Positions 26,564 through 36,837 of a DNA stretch of 64,000 bases are shown here, piece after piece (the first letter of the stretch is position 1; each line of letters opens with the position of its first letter). The stretch spans positions 248,001 to 312,000 of the forward strand of contig JAQGDQ010000232.1 of the NCBI GenBank assembly GCA_030141605.1, given 5' to 3'. This DNA comes from Tubiluchus corallicola (Eukaryota; Animalia; Priapulida). Below the pieces are notes generated by a model. It made no database searches. It was not told the DNA's origin and was given only the letters and a program-made list of their open reading frames with translations. The position numbers and the translations under genes were made by a program.

Positions 26564-29500
26564 CTAGTGCGGTTTCATTCCTAACGGACTAATGGATTTC
26601 TCATCCAAAGGAGTTTGGGTGGGGACTTCAGGTTCCACTACACAAGAGGAAGCTTGTCCCACCTTTATTTTTTTCTTGGAAGTTTCTTCCAATGGGCCAA
26701 GTATATCAATTGCTATACGTTCAAAGGGACCTGTAGGCATTTGTTGCTGAAGCTTTCCCCTCTTAGGACCTTTCCCGGCTTCCTTCGAGCACAAGCAGAG
26801 CAAAACTTACACCATCTTTTAACATCATTTTGATATCCAGGCCAATAAAAGCGCTGTTTAAATTTAGCTATACTTCTGTGCACACCCTGATGTGCACCAG
26901 TTCTAGGACTATGTAGATGATTAAAAATCTCCCGTCGCAATCCATACGGCACAATCAACTGCCTTGTTGGAGAGCTAGGGGTAATGCTAGTCTCAAATCG
27001 TTTGTACAGCAGTCCATCATATATTTCCAAGGTATCCCATAAGTTCCAGTACGTTCTAAAATCTGAACTATTGTCAGCTATTTCTTGAAAATCAGGTTTA
27101 GTTTCTCCATCACTAATTCGCACCCTAAAGAAATCTATAGCTTCATCTTGCTCTTGTAATTCCTTTAGGCGCCATTTTGAGATGTCTAATGGTAAATCAG
27201 GAGGGCTTTGCACTGGTCCTATGGAGGCTCTTTCATCAAAGGGACTGTCAGCATCCAAGTCATGTGGTATGCTTTCCCTTGGTCCTCCAATAGGATACAT
27301 CTCCCCCCTTCTGGGTTTCACCATCTTAACAGACAACTCCAGTGATGGGACCGTAATTATGTCACTCTCAGAACTTTTATGTTCATCCCCGTGAACATTC
27401 AAAGCAACACTCTTTGGCTTCACGTCACTACTGCTTAAATGCACCACTGGCTGCAGCAGATCGGTCACATTCTGAGAAGACAATCCCCTAGAAACATTAC
27501 AAATTTTCTCTGACACTTTATGTCTGGTATCATTACAATCCTCACGTGGACATTTTGCCACTATCGGGATACTGTGCCTGGAACTGTCGGGATAACCCAT
27601 CAGCATTTCCATGCTGGCTACCTTTACGATGTTCAACACTGAAATCATAGGTGTCCAGTATGGATATCCAACGTGCTACCATACCTTCTGGCTCTCTAAA
27701 GTTAATCAGCCAGGTTAATGCAGCATGATCGGTGCGGATACGGAAGAATCTACCCCACAAATAATGATGGAACTGCTTAACAAATGTAATTACAGCCAGA
27801 AGTTCTTTCTTGGTTGTACAATATTTCTTTTGAGATTGACTCAAAGTTCGACTAGCATAAGCTATGACTTTTTCTTCTCCTTCTTGGAGTTGCGACAATA
27901 TACCACCTATTCCAGTGTCACAAGCATCAGTATCCAAGATGAATTGATCATCAACTGTCGGATATGACAACACTGGGCTTTTAGTTAAGTGATCAATTAA
28001 TGCATTGAAAGCTTCAGTGCAAGAATTATCCCACTGAAAGACCACTCCCTTCCTGGTTAAAGCAGAAAGTGGAGCTGCAATGGATGCAAACTGTGGTATA
28101 AACCTTCTGTAGTACGATGCGAATCCTAGAAAACTTCGCATTTCAGTCTGTGTGCTTGGAATTTTCCAATTTTGCACAACAGAAATTTTCTCTGGGTCAG
28201 TTCTTATACCATCACCAGACACAACATGTCCCAGAAATTTTACGCTTGTTTGAAACAGCTTACTCTTAGATGCCTTTATTTTCAAATTGGCATTTCTCAG
28301 ACGTTCAAATACTAAGTGCAAGTTGCTCATTGCTTCTGTGAAACTTTTACCAAAGACAATGATATCATCCAGGTATATCAAACAGTGGCTCCACTGTAAA
28401 CCTCGGAGCACTGTTTCCATCAAACGTTCAAAGGTTGCTGGTGCATTGGAAAGACCAAAGGGCATCACCTTAAATTGGTAGAGCCCTTGTCTTGTGGCAA
28501 AGGCAGTCTTGGCCTTAGATTCTTCTGACATTTCAACCTGCCAGAAACCGTTGGCCAAATAAAAAGTTGAGAACCAACATGAACCTCTAAGGGCATCAAA
28601 AACTTCTTCAATTCGTGGTAATGGATATGCATCTTTATATGTAACATCATTCAGTTTCCTATAATCGATGCAATAACGAAAACTGCCATCTTTCTTAGGA
28701 ATTAAAACAATGGGTGATGCCCATGGGCTACAGCTTGGCTCGATTATATCTTCGGCCAACATTCTCTCTAATTCTGCTTCAGCAGCAGCTCTTTTTTTCT
28801 CAGGCAACCTTCTGGGTGCCTGTTTTATAGGGCGTGCTGTGCCAGTATCAATCACATGTTTGACAATAGCAGTTCTGCCAAACCTGTTACTTGGCCCAAC
28901 AAATGCTTCTACAAACTGTACCAAGAGATTTGCAACTTGGTTCTTTTGCTCCAAAGAGAGGGTTGAATCAACACTATCTAACAAACTCTGCAAATGTTCT
29001 GGACATATGGAGGTTATTTCATCACTGTTTGGAATAGGCTGCACTTTTGCAACAGGATAAGCTTCATGGTCATCTAAACGACCAGGATATTCATCCCATT
29101 CTTCTTCCGGATTTTTAAAACATGGGATGGATAAATCATCTATAAAGAGAATTCCTTGCTGTACATTGAATATAGCATTTTTCTCTTCCAAAATATCCAA
29201 ACCCAATATTCCAAACGGTCCGCCAACAGAAGCAACAACCATTGTAACTACAGAGTGTATGTCAGCCAATTCAATTTCAAAATCAGCTTCTCCAATCTGA
29301 TTTAATAAATGGCCACTAACAGCTTGTAGATTTTTCTCCGAATAGCGGAGTTCAGGTCTATCATCCTCGGGCAGAGTGTAGTACAGGTGCAAGTCCAAAA
29401 TTGTTGCACTGGCACCTGTGTCCACTACAAAATTTATACTAAAATTATTTACCATTATTTCCACATGCCAACATGGCTTGTGTTCGATTGGAAAAATATA

Positions 29501-29658
29501 ATTATCACTATGGTCAGAATAAGGAAGAGCTAAATGGTCTTCCCAATTCGGAACTGTTTCTATCTCTTTGATGATGGCTCCGGGGCCAGTGCGAGATAGA
29601 CTTCCCAGGGCCTTTAAGTTGCTGACCGGAACACTGGCCCCGTGCCCGGTCCTGCTTA
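26564..29658 (-). pseudogene. pol: Gypsy pol (protease, RT, RNase H, truncated integrase), disrupted
   Basis: Motifs VDTGA, YLDD, TDH/NADGLSR, HHCC zinc finger, IAIDILGP. Lesions: RT motif A reads FSTFYLA instead of FSTxDLA, frameshifts at ~27575 and ~26771, and the integrase core is missing after ~26670. Confidence 0.92.
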
Positions 29659-29665
29659 GTTTAAC
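29581..29665 (-). other. -1 programmed ribosomal frameshift signal (G_UUA_AAC plus H-type pseudoknot)
   Basis: Slippery heptamer at 29665-29659 abuts the gag stop, followed by a 7-nt spacer. Stem 1 is GACCGG/CCGGTC; stem 2 is the perfect 11-bp CGGGGCCAGTG/CACTGGCCCCG. pol is in the -1 frame. Confidence 0.85.
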
Positions 29666-31011
29666 GAATCAGCAGCCTTTATGGCAGTGACTGATTCTAC
29701 ACTAGGCAAGTCTTTCGAATCAGAAATCTTGAGCTGTACTCTCTTTGGGAATCTCTCCCTACAGTTTCTGATTATATGACCTTTCTTATGACAATAGAAA
29801 CATTCTAAGTCGGGGTTTCGTATGTTAGGATATCTATCTTGAGCTTGTAAAGTCGAATTGACTTGCTGCTGTTTGATGGCAGCTGAATCTTGTTTTTCAG
29901 CTTTGAGAGCAAGCAACTGTTCCTTTAAGCTAGTTAGCTCTTTCAAAATTTCCTTCAAGGTAACATCTTTGTCAGCATTGCGCTGAGACGTGACCTGATT
30001 AATCCTTGGAGGAATAGGTTTTTTAATTTTTACATCTGCTGTTTCCCTGCAAACAGCTTCATACTGAGCCACTTTAGTGACTGCTTCATCCAAAGTTTTT
30101 GGTTCTTGGAGACTCGTATGCTTATGCACTTCAACATCCCCAAGCCCTTCTAGATATTTATCCACCAGAAGTTCTTCACACGTATCGCGTGGAAGTTCTG
30201 GGTATGCCATACTAAACATTCTACGTATTACTGCACCATACTCCTCCGGGGTTTCATTAGGTTTTCTCATCCTACTACGTAATTCACTCCTATATTGGAG
30301 CATACGTTCAGCAGGGTCAAACCTGCGTGCCAGAGCTTCTACAACTTCACTGTATGTAATATCAGAGGTCTCATTAAAATCCATTACTATTTCAAGAGCA
30401 TCCCCTTCTAAACACAGCATCAACTGGGTTACCCACTCTGTCCTCGACCACTGATTATATCTGGCCACAATTTCAAATTTGGCAATGAACTGTCTAAATT
30501 GAAGGCTGTTACCAGACTTAAAAATGGGTGGCTTTTTCTCTTTAGCGGACCTTCCCATTTCAGACATTGCACTTGATCTTTTCAAGTTTGTTGAAGGTGA
30601 GTGCCATGTAGTAGAAGATGGTGTTTCCCCAGCCCTGGGTGCTGTGAATGAAGGCATCGTTTCGCTGACTTCAGACACATTACCATCTGTGGACCAATGA
30701 GATGGATTTTGTCTCATTTTTGACTGAGGTAAATTACCATCATAAATCAGATTGATATTTTTACCATCACTGGTGCCCAAAATGGGTGAGCCCAGTGTTA
30801 AATCTGAAATTTCATGAACATCCTGCTCAAGTTTAGGTGCTTTTTGAACAGCAGCAGATATGTTCTGTAATGTTGGCCTTTTTCTAATGGCACCAGACCT
30901 TTTCATACTCGTGCTTGCCTGTTCAGCAATATTTTCTTGCTTTTTAGGCTTTGAGTATAGAAAGGACCTTAAATAATTAAATATACACAAAAAGAAATGA
31001 AATAAACCCAT
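29656..31011 (-). CDS. gag: Gypsy Gag, 451 aa, intact
   Basis: Capsid-like region (F..VARYNQW...L.G.A; R..R...ET.EEY) and CCHC zinc knuckle CFYCHKKGHIIRNC. Starts just after the PBS. Confidence 0.93.
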   Translation of the reverse strand: MGLFHFFLCIFNYLRSFLYSKPKKQENIAEQASTSMKRSGAIRKRPTLQNISAAVQKAPKLEQDVHEISDLTLGSPILGTSDGKNINLIYDGNLPQSKMRQNPSHWSTDGNVSEVSETMPSFTAPRAGETPSSTTWHSPSTNLKRSSAMSEMGRSAKEKKPPIFKSGNSLQFRQFIAKFEIVARYNQWSRTEWVTQLMLCLEGDALEIVMDFNETSDITYSEVVEALARRFDPAERMLQYRSELRSRMRKPNETPEEYGAVIRRMFSMAYPELPRDTCEELLVDKYLEGLGDVEVHKHTSLQEPKTLDEAVTKVAQYEAVCRETADVKIKKPIPPRINQVTSQRNADKDVTLKEILKELTSLKEQLLALKAEKQDSAAIKQQQVNSTLQAQDRYPNIRNPDLECFYCHKKGHIIRNCRERFPKRVQLKISDSKDLPSVESVTAIKAADSLN

Positions 31012-31062
31012 TGGTTAAACTAATTCAAATTCACTCCACAGGTTCATCATAAATGCAGAAAG

Positions 31063-31080
31063 ATCCCGGACGAGCCCCCA
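31063..31080 (-). other. Primer binding site complementary to the tRNA-Pro 3' end
   Basis: TGGGGGCTCGTCCGGGAT, 3 nt inside the 5' LTR boundary. This is the canonical 18-nt tRNA-Pro PBS. Confidence 0.93.
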
Positions 31081-31083
31081 AAA

Positions 31084-32081
31084 TGTAATGTGGTTTGCAC
31101 TGTTTGGCATTATTATCGTTTTTGTTGTCTAGGGGAATGAATTGTGTGCACCACAAGTACATTAACCTCACTATGGTAATAGTGTAGGTGTGAAGTTTGG
31201 GTCCATTTCTGCATATGTGTACCAAATTGGATTACACTGAACCAGTGGAAGGAAAATGCAAATAATGAGAAATTAAGTTTAACCAGTTTATTTTCTAATC
31301 ATAAATCAGATACAATAGTAGGAGTAAACACTCCAATACAAGTTGATGTCTTCAGCTTCATTATTCAGAGCAAACTTCAAATTGAATGTTGAAAATGGCA
31401 CATTGTTAATTTAAAGTTACATCATTCTATTTCAGAATGCAGTGGGCTGTTCAATTTGTCAGAAAAATATCTGTACATCTTTGCCTCAATTTAGTCACAA
31501 GTTCATGTGACTATGGCAATTTGAGTTATTTCATCCTTCAACTTGGAAGTTTGAGTTTTAATTTCTCACCTTTATTTCAGGTTTGGTTTTCACTGCTTTT
31601 ATCTCAGCACGGTTTTTGTTTTTACTGCTTTTGTCACAGCAGGGCAAAAAGGCATTGATCTCGGCTAAAACACTTGTTGTTATACACAAACGCGGTGCTC
31701 TGCGCATGCGCGTTACCAAGTGATGCCATACTGCATGTGAAATGAGGGTTTCGAGCAACTGCTACTTATTTTCATTGGCATCTTCTTAATAAGCTATTAA
31801 ATTGCTTATTTTACAGTTTACTTTGTCATCTGCTTTCTTCTAATTATTTTGCAGCTAACAAATAGTAACAATTGTTTAAGCTCTGCCAAAAATAATCTTC
31901 GGTAAATTAATTGGTTTACCGAGCATCCCAACGGCTCTCAATTGGCGTGATTCCTTGTTGCGCGCCCTCTATCGGCGGGTTGCAAAGTTAGATTTTGTAA
32001 ACAAACATGTCCGCTTCCAGCGAAGACATTATTCATTGTAGCAAGGGTTAGGTGGGTTTTAAACAAGGCAAAAACACCACA
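31084..32081 (-). repeat. 5' LTR
   Basis: Direct repeat of 24896-25893. Confidence 0.97.
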
Positions 32082-32924
32082 ATACCTTAACCAAATGTTA
32101 GAATCGCCTTAAAGCGGGCTTATTTCACTTCAAAAAGATTACTCTCGATGCCGGATTTAATATTGCTCGGTTGACAAGCCCATAATAACATTCTTTTATT
32201 TTTCAGATGTATAACGAATTATACAGTGTATTGACATTTTCAACTATGATTATTAAATAAATAAGGACAATGGATGCTGCCACAATGTATAACGACTCAA
32301 TTCATGACCTGTCTCTAATGTCCTACTTGGGCAGCCCATGTACAACGTGCCCTACTAAGATTAGCCCATGTACAGCAATTGATGTCTAACATAATGTCAA
32401 TCATTTTCGTTGAGTGCCCAATTAGCGTGCAAGTTATTTTGCCCTCCTGCAGAGCTTAATTACGTTTGGGATATTTAGCTACAGCTCCGTCTAATGATGC
32501 TGTGAAAAATTCTCAACTTTTCATTAGTTAGCGGGAGAAATATTGGCCTGGGTCTAGATTTTATTATTGTCAATTGAAATTGCAAATGAATTAGTGGGAA
32601 TATCTAGTCTAGTTTTGCTTATAGGAAGAAATGTGCAATGCTTACATCTATAACTTGCTGATTAAACAATTCTACAATCAAGAAAATACACAGTTTAGTT
32701 TAGTTTATGGCTTTGCAAGTAACATAAAAAGAACTATGTGATTAACTTTAAATAAGGACAAAACAAAATGTTTTGTTTTCCGGCCAGTGTTTATAAACCT
32801 CATCTTCACAGTCAAAATGAATTTAAATGTAATCAAAATTTATATTATACATCAATGTAACATTAGCTAATTCTACGCTATTTTCCTGGTTATAATCATG
32901 GTTAAAAGATGTTATTGGGACTTA

Positions 32925-33460
32925 CCGTATATACTCGCATATAAGCCTACATCGCATATAAGCCGACCCCCTAAAACTGCTTTAAAATGGCCAGTTTTTG
33001 CAAAAACCCGTATATAAGCCGACCATCAACTTGTCTAATTTTACTCCATACCCAATCAACAAAATTGATCCCTTTTTGTCACATTTTGTTAATTGGGTAT
33101 TTTTGGTTCATTGAAATTTTTTACTATAAAGATGTAAAATGCTTACTTTTATGTTACATACTAGAAGAAATAGAAGAAATTATACATTTTGATATGAATA
33201 AAGAAGAAAATATTTTGTTTTCTATTTATTCACAAAAAATTATAACATTTCTGTTTATAATTTAACGTAGTGTTCTTAAAAAAAACAAAATGACACACAA
33301 CCAAATAAAGAGTCAGATAGCGATGAAAATGTGTGGCTGGAAAATTGCCATTAGTGTCTGTCCTTGTGTTCATTTTGTTTCATGCGCATATAAGCCGACC
33401 CCCTGATTTCAGTATTGTATTTTATAGTTCTAAATTCGGCTTATATGCGAGTATATACGG
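32925..33460. mobile_element. Tc2/pogo-like MITE (CCGTA termini, TA TSD)
   Basis: TIR CCGTATATACTCGCATATAAGCC at both ends, flanked by TA, with internal repeats of cgcatataagccg. Confidence 0.9.
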
Positions 33461-34884
33461 TATGTGACTCAGGCATTGAATATAAGGGTCGTCTATGCAG
33501 TAGAACAGTTAAATTTATTCCATTTCTGTAGCCTGACAAATGGAAAAATACAAGAACTGAATAAATCTTGCAGACGAGCCACATTATCAGTTAATATAGA
33601 AAAATACATCGCAGCCTTGATGTTCGTACGTTTAAAGACAAGAGAGACTTAATATTTTTGTTGCTAAGTTATTGTAAAACAAAGCTAACTGGCTTAGTTT
33701 CTTTATTAATATTATGCTTATGTATCTGTATTTTGTAGTGCTTTGAAACTTCGTCTCTACATTCTGTTTAAATTGAACTCATTTTTTGGCTACTTAAAGT
33801 GTTAATTTCGTGTAAGAATACCTGCAAATCTGTGTTTATAAAAAAGCGCAATCAGTTTCTCTGCTGATTAGACATTAGTTGTGACTGTCATGTTGTTTAG
33901 TTCTGTTTAGTTTAACTCAGACAGTTGTTGTCCTGCGAGAGCTATTGTCCGAATGCTGCTGAGCGTGCTAACGTTACAGCGGGGGCGGAGTGATAGACCA
34001 ATATGTTTGACGTCAATTGTCTTACTCCGCTCCTGACACCAAGACTTCAAGACACCATCTAACAATAACATTAGTCATTACCCTCAATGTGTATATATTA
34101 AATGGTCATAGATCCCTCTATTTTACCTTCCGCCACATTGATGATATTTGCACTTTTTCATGATTCATCACTATGGCGTGTTATGCGAAACTCTTTAATT
34201 TAATTTTCGTTTACTAAAACAGATCCGTTCTCTTCAGTTTTTTTTCTGTTGACTTCAAAAATGTAAAAATGAAGTCAAGTCAACGATCTTATGCAGGACG
34301 TCTTTTTTGTTTGTGCATGGAAAATAGTTATTTTAAAGATTTCCCCTATTGGTAGTGTCAAATTACACAGGGCACGGCAAACTCCAGGTTTTCATATTTT
34401 GTATTGGGGACTGAACATTGTAATTAATTTGATTCTGTTGATTTACACGTGTCCAAGTAATTTTTTGTCTTTAAATTTGTAAACATCTCACAACGAAACT
34501 TTCCAGGAAACTTAGGCTAATCAAGTAATTCGTAGTCTCTTTTTAATTGTAGAGAATATCTGAATTATCAATTGATTAGTTTTAAATTGTAGCTGAATAG
34601 ATTTATTTATGCATTTGTGACATAAACTCTTGCAGCTTTTAGTTCTGTGTTTTTTCGGAATCGACGTAATTTTTTTTATGCGGATGTGTTAGACAAAAAT
34701 ATCTTGCCAAAACAGTAAAAATAACTGCTTACAATCTTTTTTACAATTACACCAGAACCTAGAGTACAGTCCCTTCTCATATTCATTTTAAATTTATCGA
34801 TAGATGGTGTAGTTATAGTGTCGGCTGAAAGTGAGTCCCATGGATGGGTCACACAAGAAGGAAAACAACGAAAACGTACAATAC

Positions 34885-35965
34885 TTACTGACGACACCAA
34901 CTTCATTTAAATGGTAATGTGATCAGCGGCGACGGTAACTGGGGCTGTAAGCTTGGACAAGCTTGTGTTGTGCCACCCCCAATCTTCTTCAAGAACTCCT
35001 CCAAGTAGCAAGAACTCCTATTACAGTGGCAGAGTTTACCACTTCCTCTATTAACCAGTTCCAGATATTAATAACCCTTTGGTTAAAACTGTATTTCTTA
35101 AGACCAAGTCCACACCTTCTCATCACTAATTTTTTGGAGTAATTTCTTATGCTACTGTCATCACTAACAGTAAAAAACACATTACATTCCAGACTTTCCA
35201 GTCCATTCACAGTTCTAAAACATCAATCAGATTTGCTCTCAGTTGATTGTGTTCTAGGGGCATCAATCTGCATCTCTTCAGTTTTTGTTCATATGTTAAC
35301 TCTGCAAAACTCAGACAAGTTTGTAGCTTTCTGTGGCACACCTTCAAGCAATCTAATATCTTTCAACGTATAAGGTCTCCATGCCTGCATGCAGTAATCC
35401 AAGTGTCGTCTAACAAAACTTTTGTATAGTTTCACAATTACATCTTTGTCTGTGTTAACAAAAGACCTGTTTATCATGCCCAAAGTTCCGCTAGCCTTCT
35501 TGACTGCTTCCGTACGTTGACTGCTCGACTTTAGCGACTCATTTATTAACACTCCCAAATCTTAAACGTCAGTAGTATTCTCCAATCTCACGTCTCCCAT
35601 GAAGTAATGATAACATTATTAAAACCAAAATGAATGCACTCAAACTTCTCTGCTTTAAACAGCATTTGGCAGTCAAGTGACCACTCATACATTTTGCTCA
35701 AGTTTTCTTGTGTGGCAAAAGCTTCTTCAAAACTACCCACTGCTTTATAAATCTTCGTGTCATCAGCAAACTTTAGAATAGCACTGGAAATATTGTCATC
35801 GATGTTATTTATATAGATTAAAAACAAAACGTGTCTGAGTACAGATCCTTGTGGAACTCCGCTTACTACTTCACCCTACATATGACAACATATTTCCATA
35901 TACAACCATTCATTGTCTTCTTCCACACAACCATTGCTCAATCCATTTCAACACCTGACCATTCA
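34885..35965 (-). mobile_element. CR1-clade LINE remnant (RT and 3' end), degenerate
   Basis: LKWIEQWLCGRRQ, SGVPQGSVL, IYINNID...KFADDTK, LYKSFVRRHLDYCMQAWRPY, FNQRVINIWN occur in order, with frameshifts. Confidence 0.9.
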
Positions 35966-36029
35966 GCAACAGCAAGCGTGTATTCAACTTTTGTTGGTTT
36001 GAGCACATAGTATTAACTGTTGACATCTT

Positions 36030-36497
36030 TTGGCCATTTATCATCTCATTCGTTGGCTTTCCGAGCTTTTCAAAACATGGTGTCACATCTACAGAGACTT
36101 GTTCTATTTTTCTGCTTGCTGAGAAAATACATAAAATAAAATGCATGCAGATCTTATTTCATGCTACTACATGTGGGAAACCATCGGCACAATGATTTCT
36201 TTAAATTATTTTTCTTGCAAAACTATTGTGATGGCTTTTTCACAAGTGTTGAGAAAATGTCTCCCTGAATTTTGACAACAGACAATGAACTGTTTTTGAT
36301 GAGATGATCTACTGTAAAACCTTTGTGCTGTTGTAGCGCAACAAAAAATCAAACTCATCTGGATAGCCAATCTTAACTCCACCAGCTGAGCTGCCAACTA
36401 GTATAGGTTGACATCTTATGTGATAGTTTTTGTCAAGAATTCTGTTAACAGCATGTAATGATTGAGTTATAGGTCGTTTGTACACACGATTGGACAC
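36030..36497 (-). pseudogene. cGAS-like receptor (Mab-21 nucleotidyltransferase) pseudogene fragment
   Basis: One reading frame carries ILVGSSAGGVKIGYPDEFDFLL, LLSKFRETF and VSVDVTPCF, interrupted by four stops. Confidence 0.75.
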
Positions 36498-36837
36498 TAT
36501 TAAGTAGTATCAAAATTGCAGAATGCAAACTGATGCGTTGTGGTTAGAGGTGTTCTTAATTCAGGTTTGTGTTGGGATCAACATGGTTCAAGATTGGGGT
36601 ATTGGGGTTAGGGATGCTAATGCAAGTTTTGCTAAGCCATGCCCCCCTGCCTCAGACACATAGTCTTACTTGCTGATAACCGCCAGCATACAGAAATGCA
36701 ATGTACTTGTTCTAGTGAATATTGACATAAATCTGTTATATTATATCATACTTTGCCTAATTCATGTTTGTTATACTGTTATTTTGGTTTTATTGCAGAT
36801 TCGTGTAGTTTTATTGTAGTTTCCATCGAAGTTTAAC

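Larger units (their letters stand above)
24896..32081 (-). mobile_element. Full-length Gypsy/Ty3 LTR retrotransposon (7186 bp), recent insertion, defective pol
   Basis: 998-bp LTRs with TG...CA ends, 4-bp TSD ATAC (24892-24895 / 32082-32085), PBS, PPT, gag, and pol in PR-RT-RH-IN order. Confidence 0.98.
24610..32380. mobile_element. Older TIR element of the same family as 17275-17840, split by the Gypsy insertion
   Basis: 24611-24700 aligns with 17291-17390, and 32305-32375 aligns with 17735-17802. The two halves flank the LTR element. Confidence 0.65.

Noticed and set aside
24886-32092. Pre-insertion site reads AAG|GTATGT on the minus strand, as if the Gypsy hit a splice donor
   Set aside because: The site is inside an older transposon and no exon can be attached to it; probably chance.
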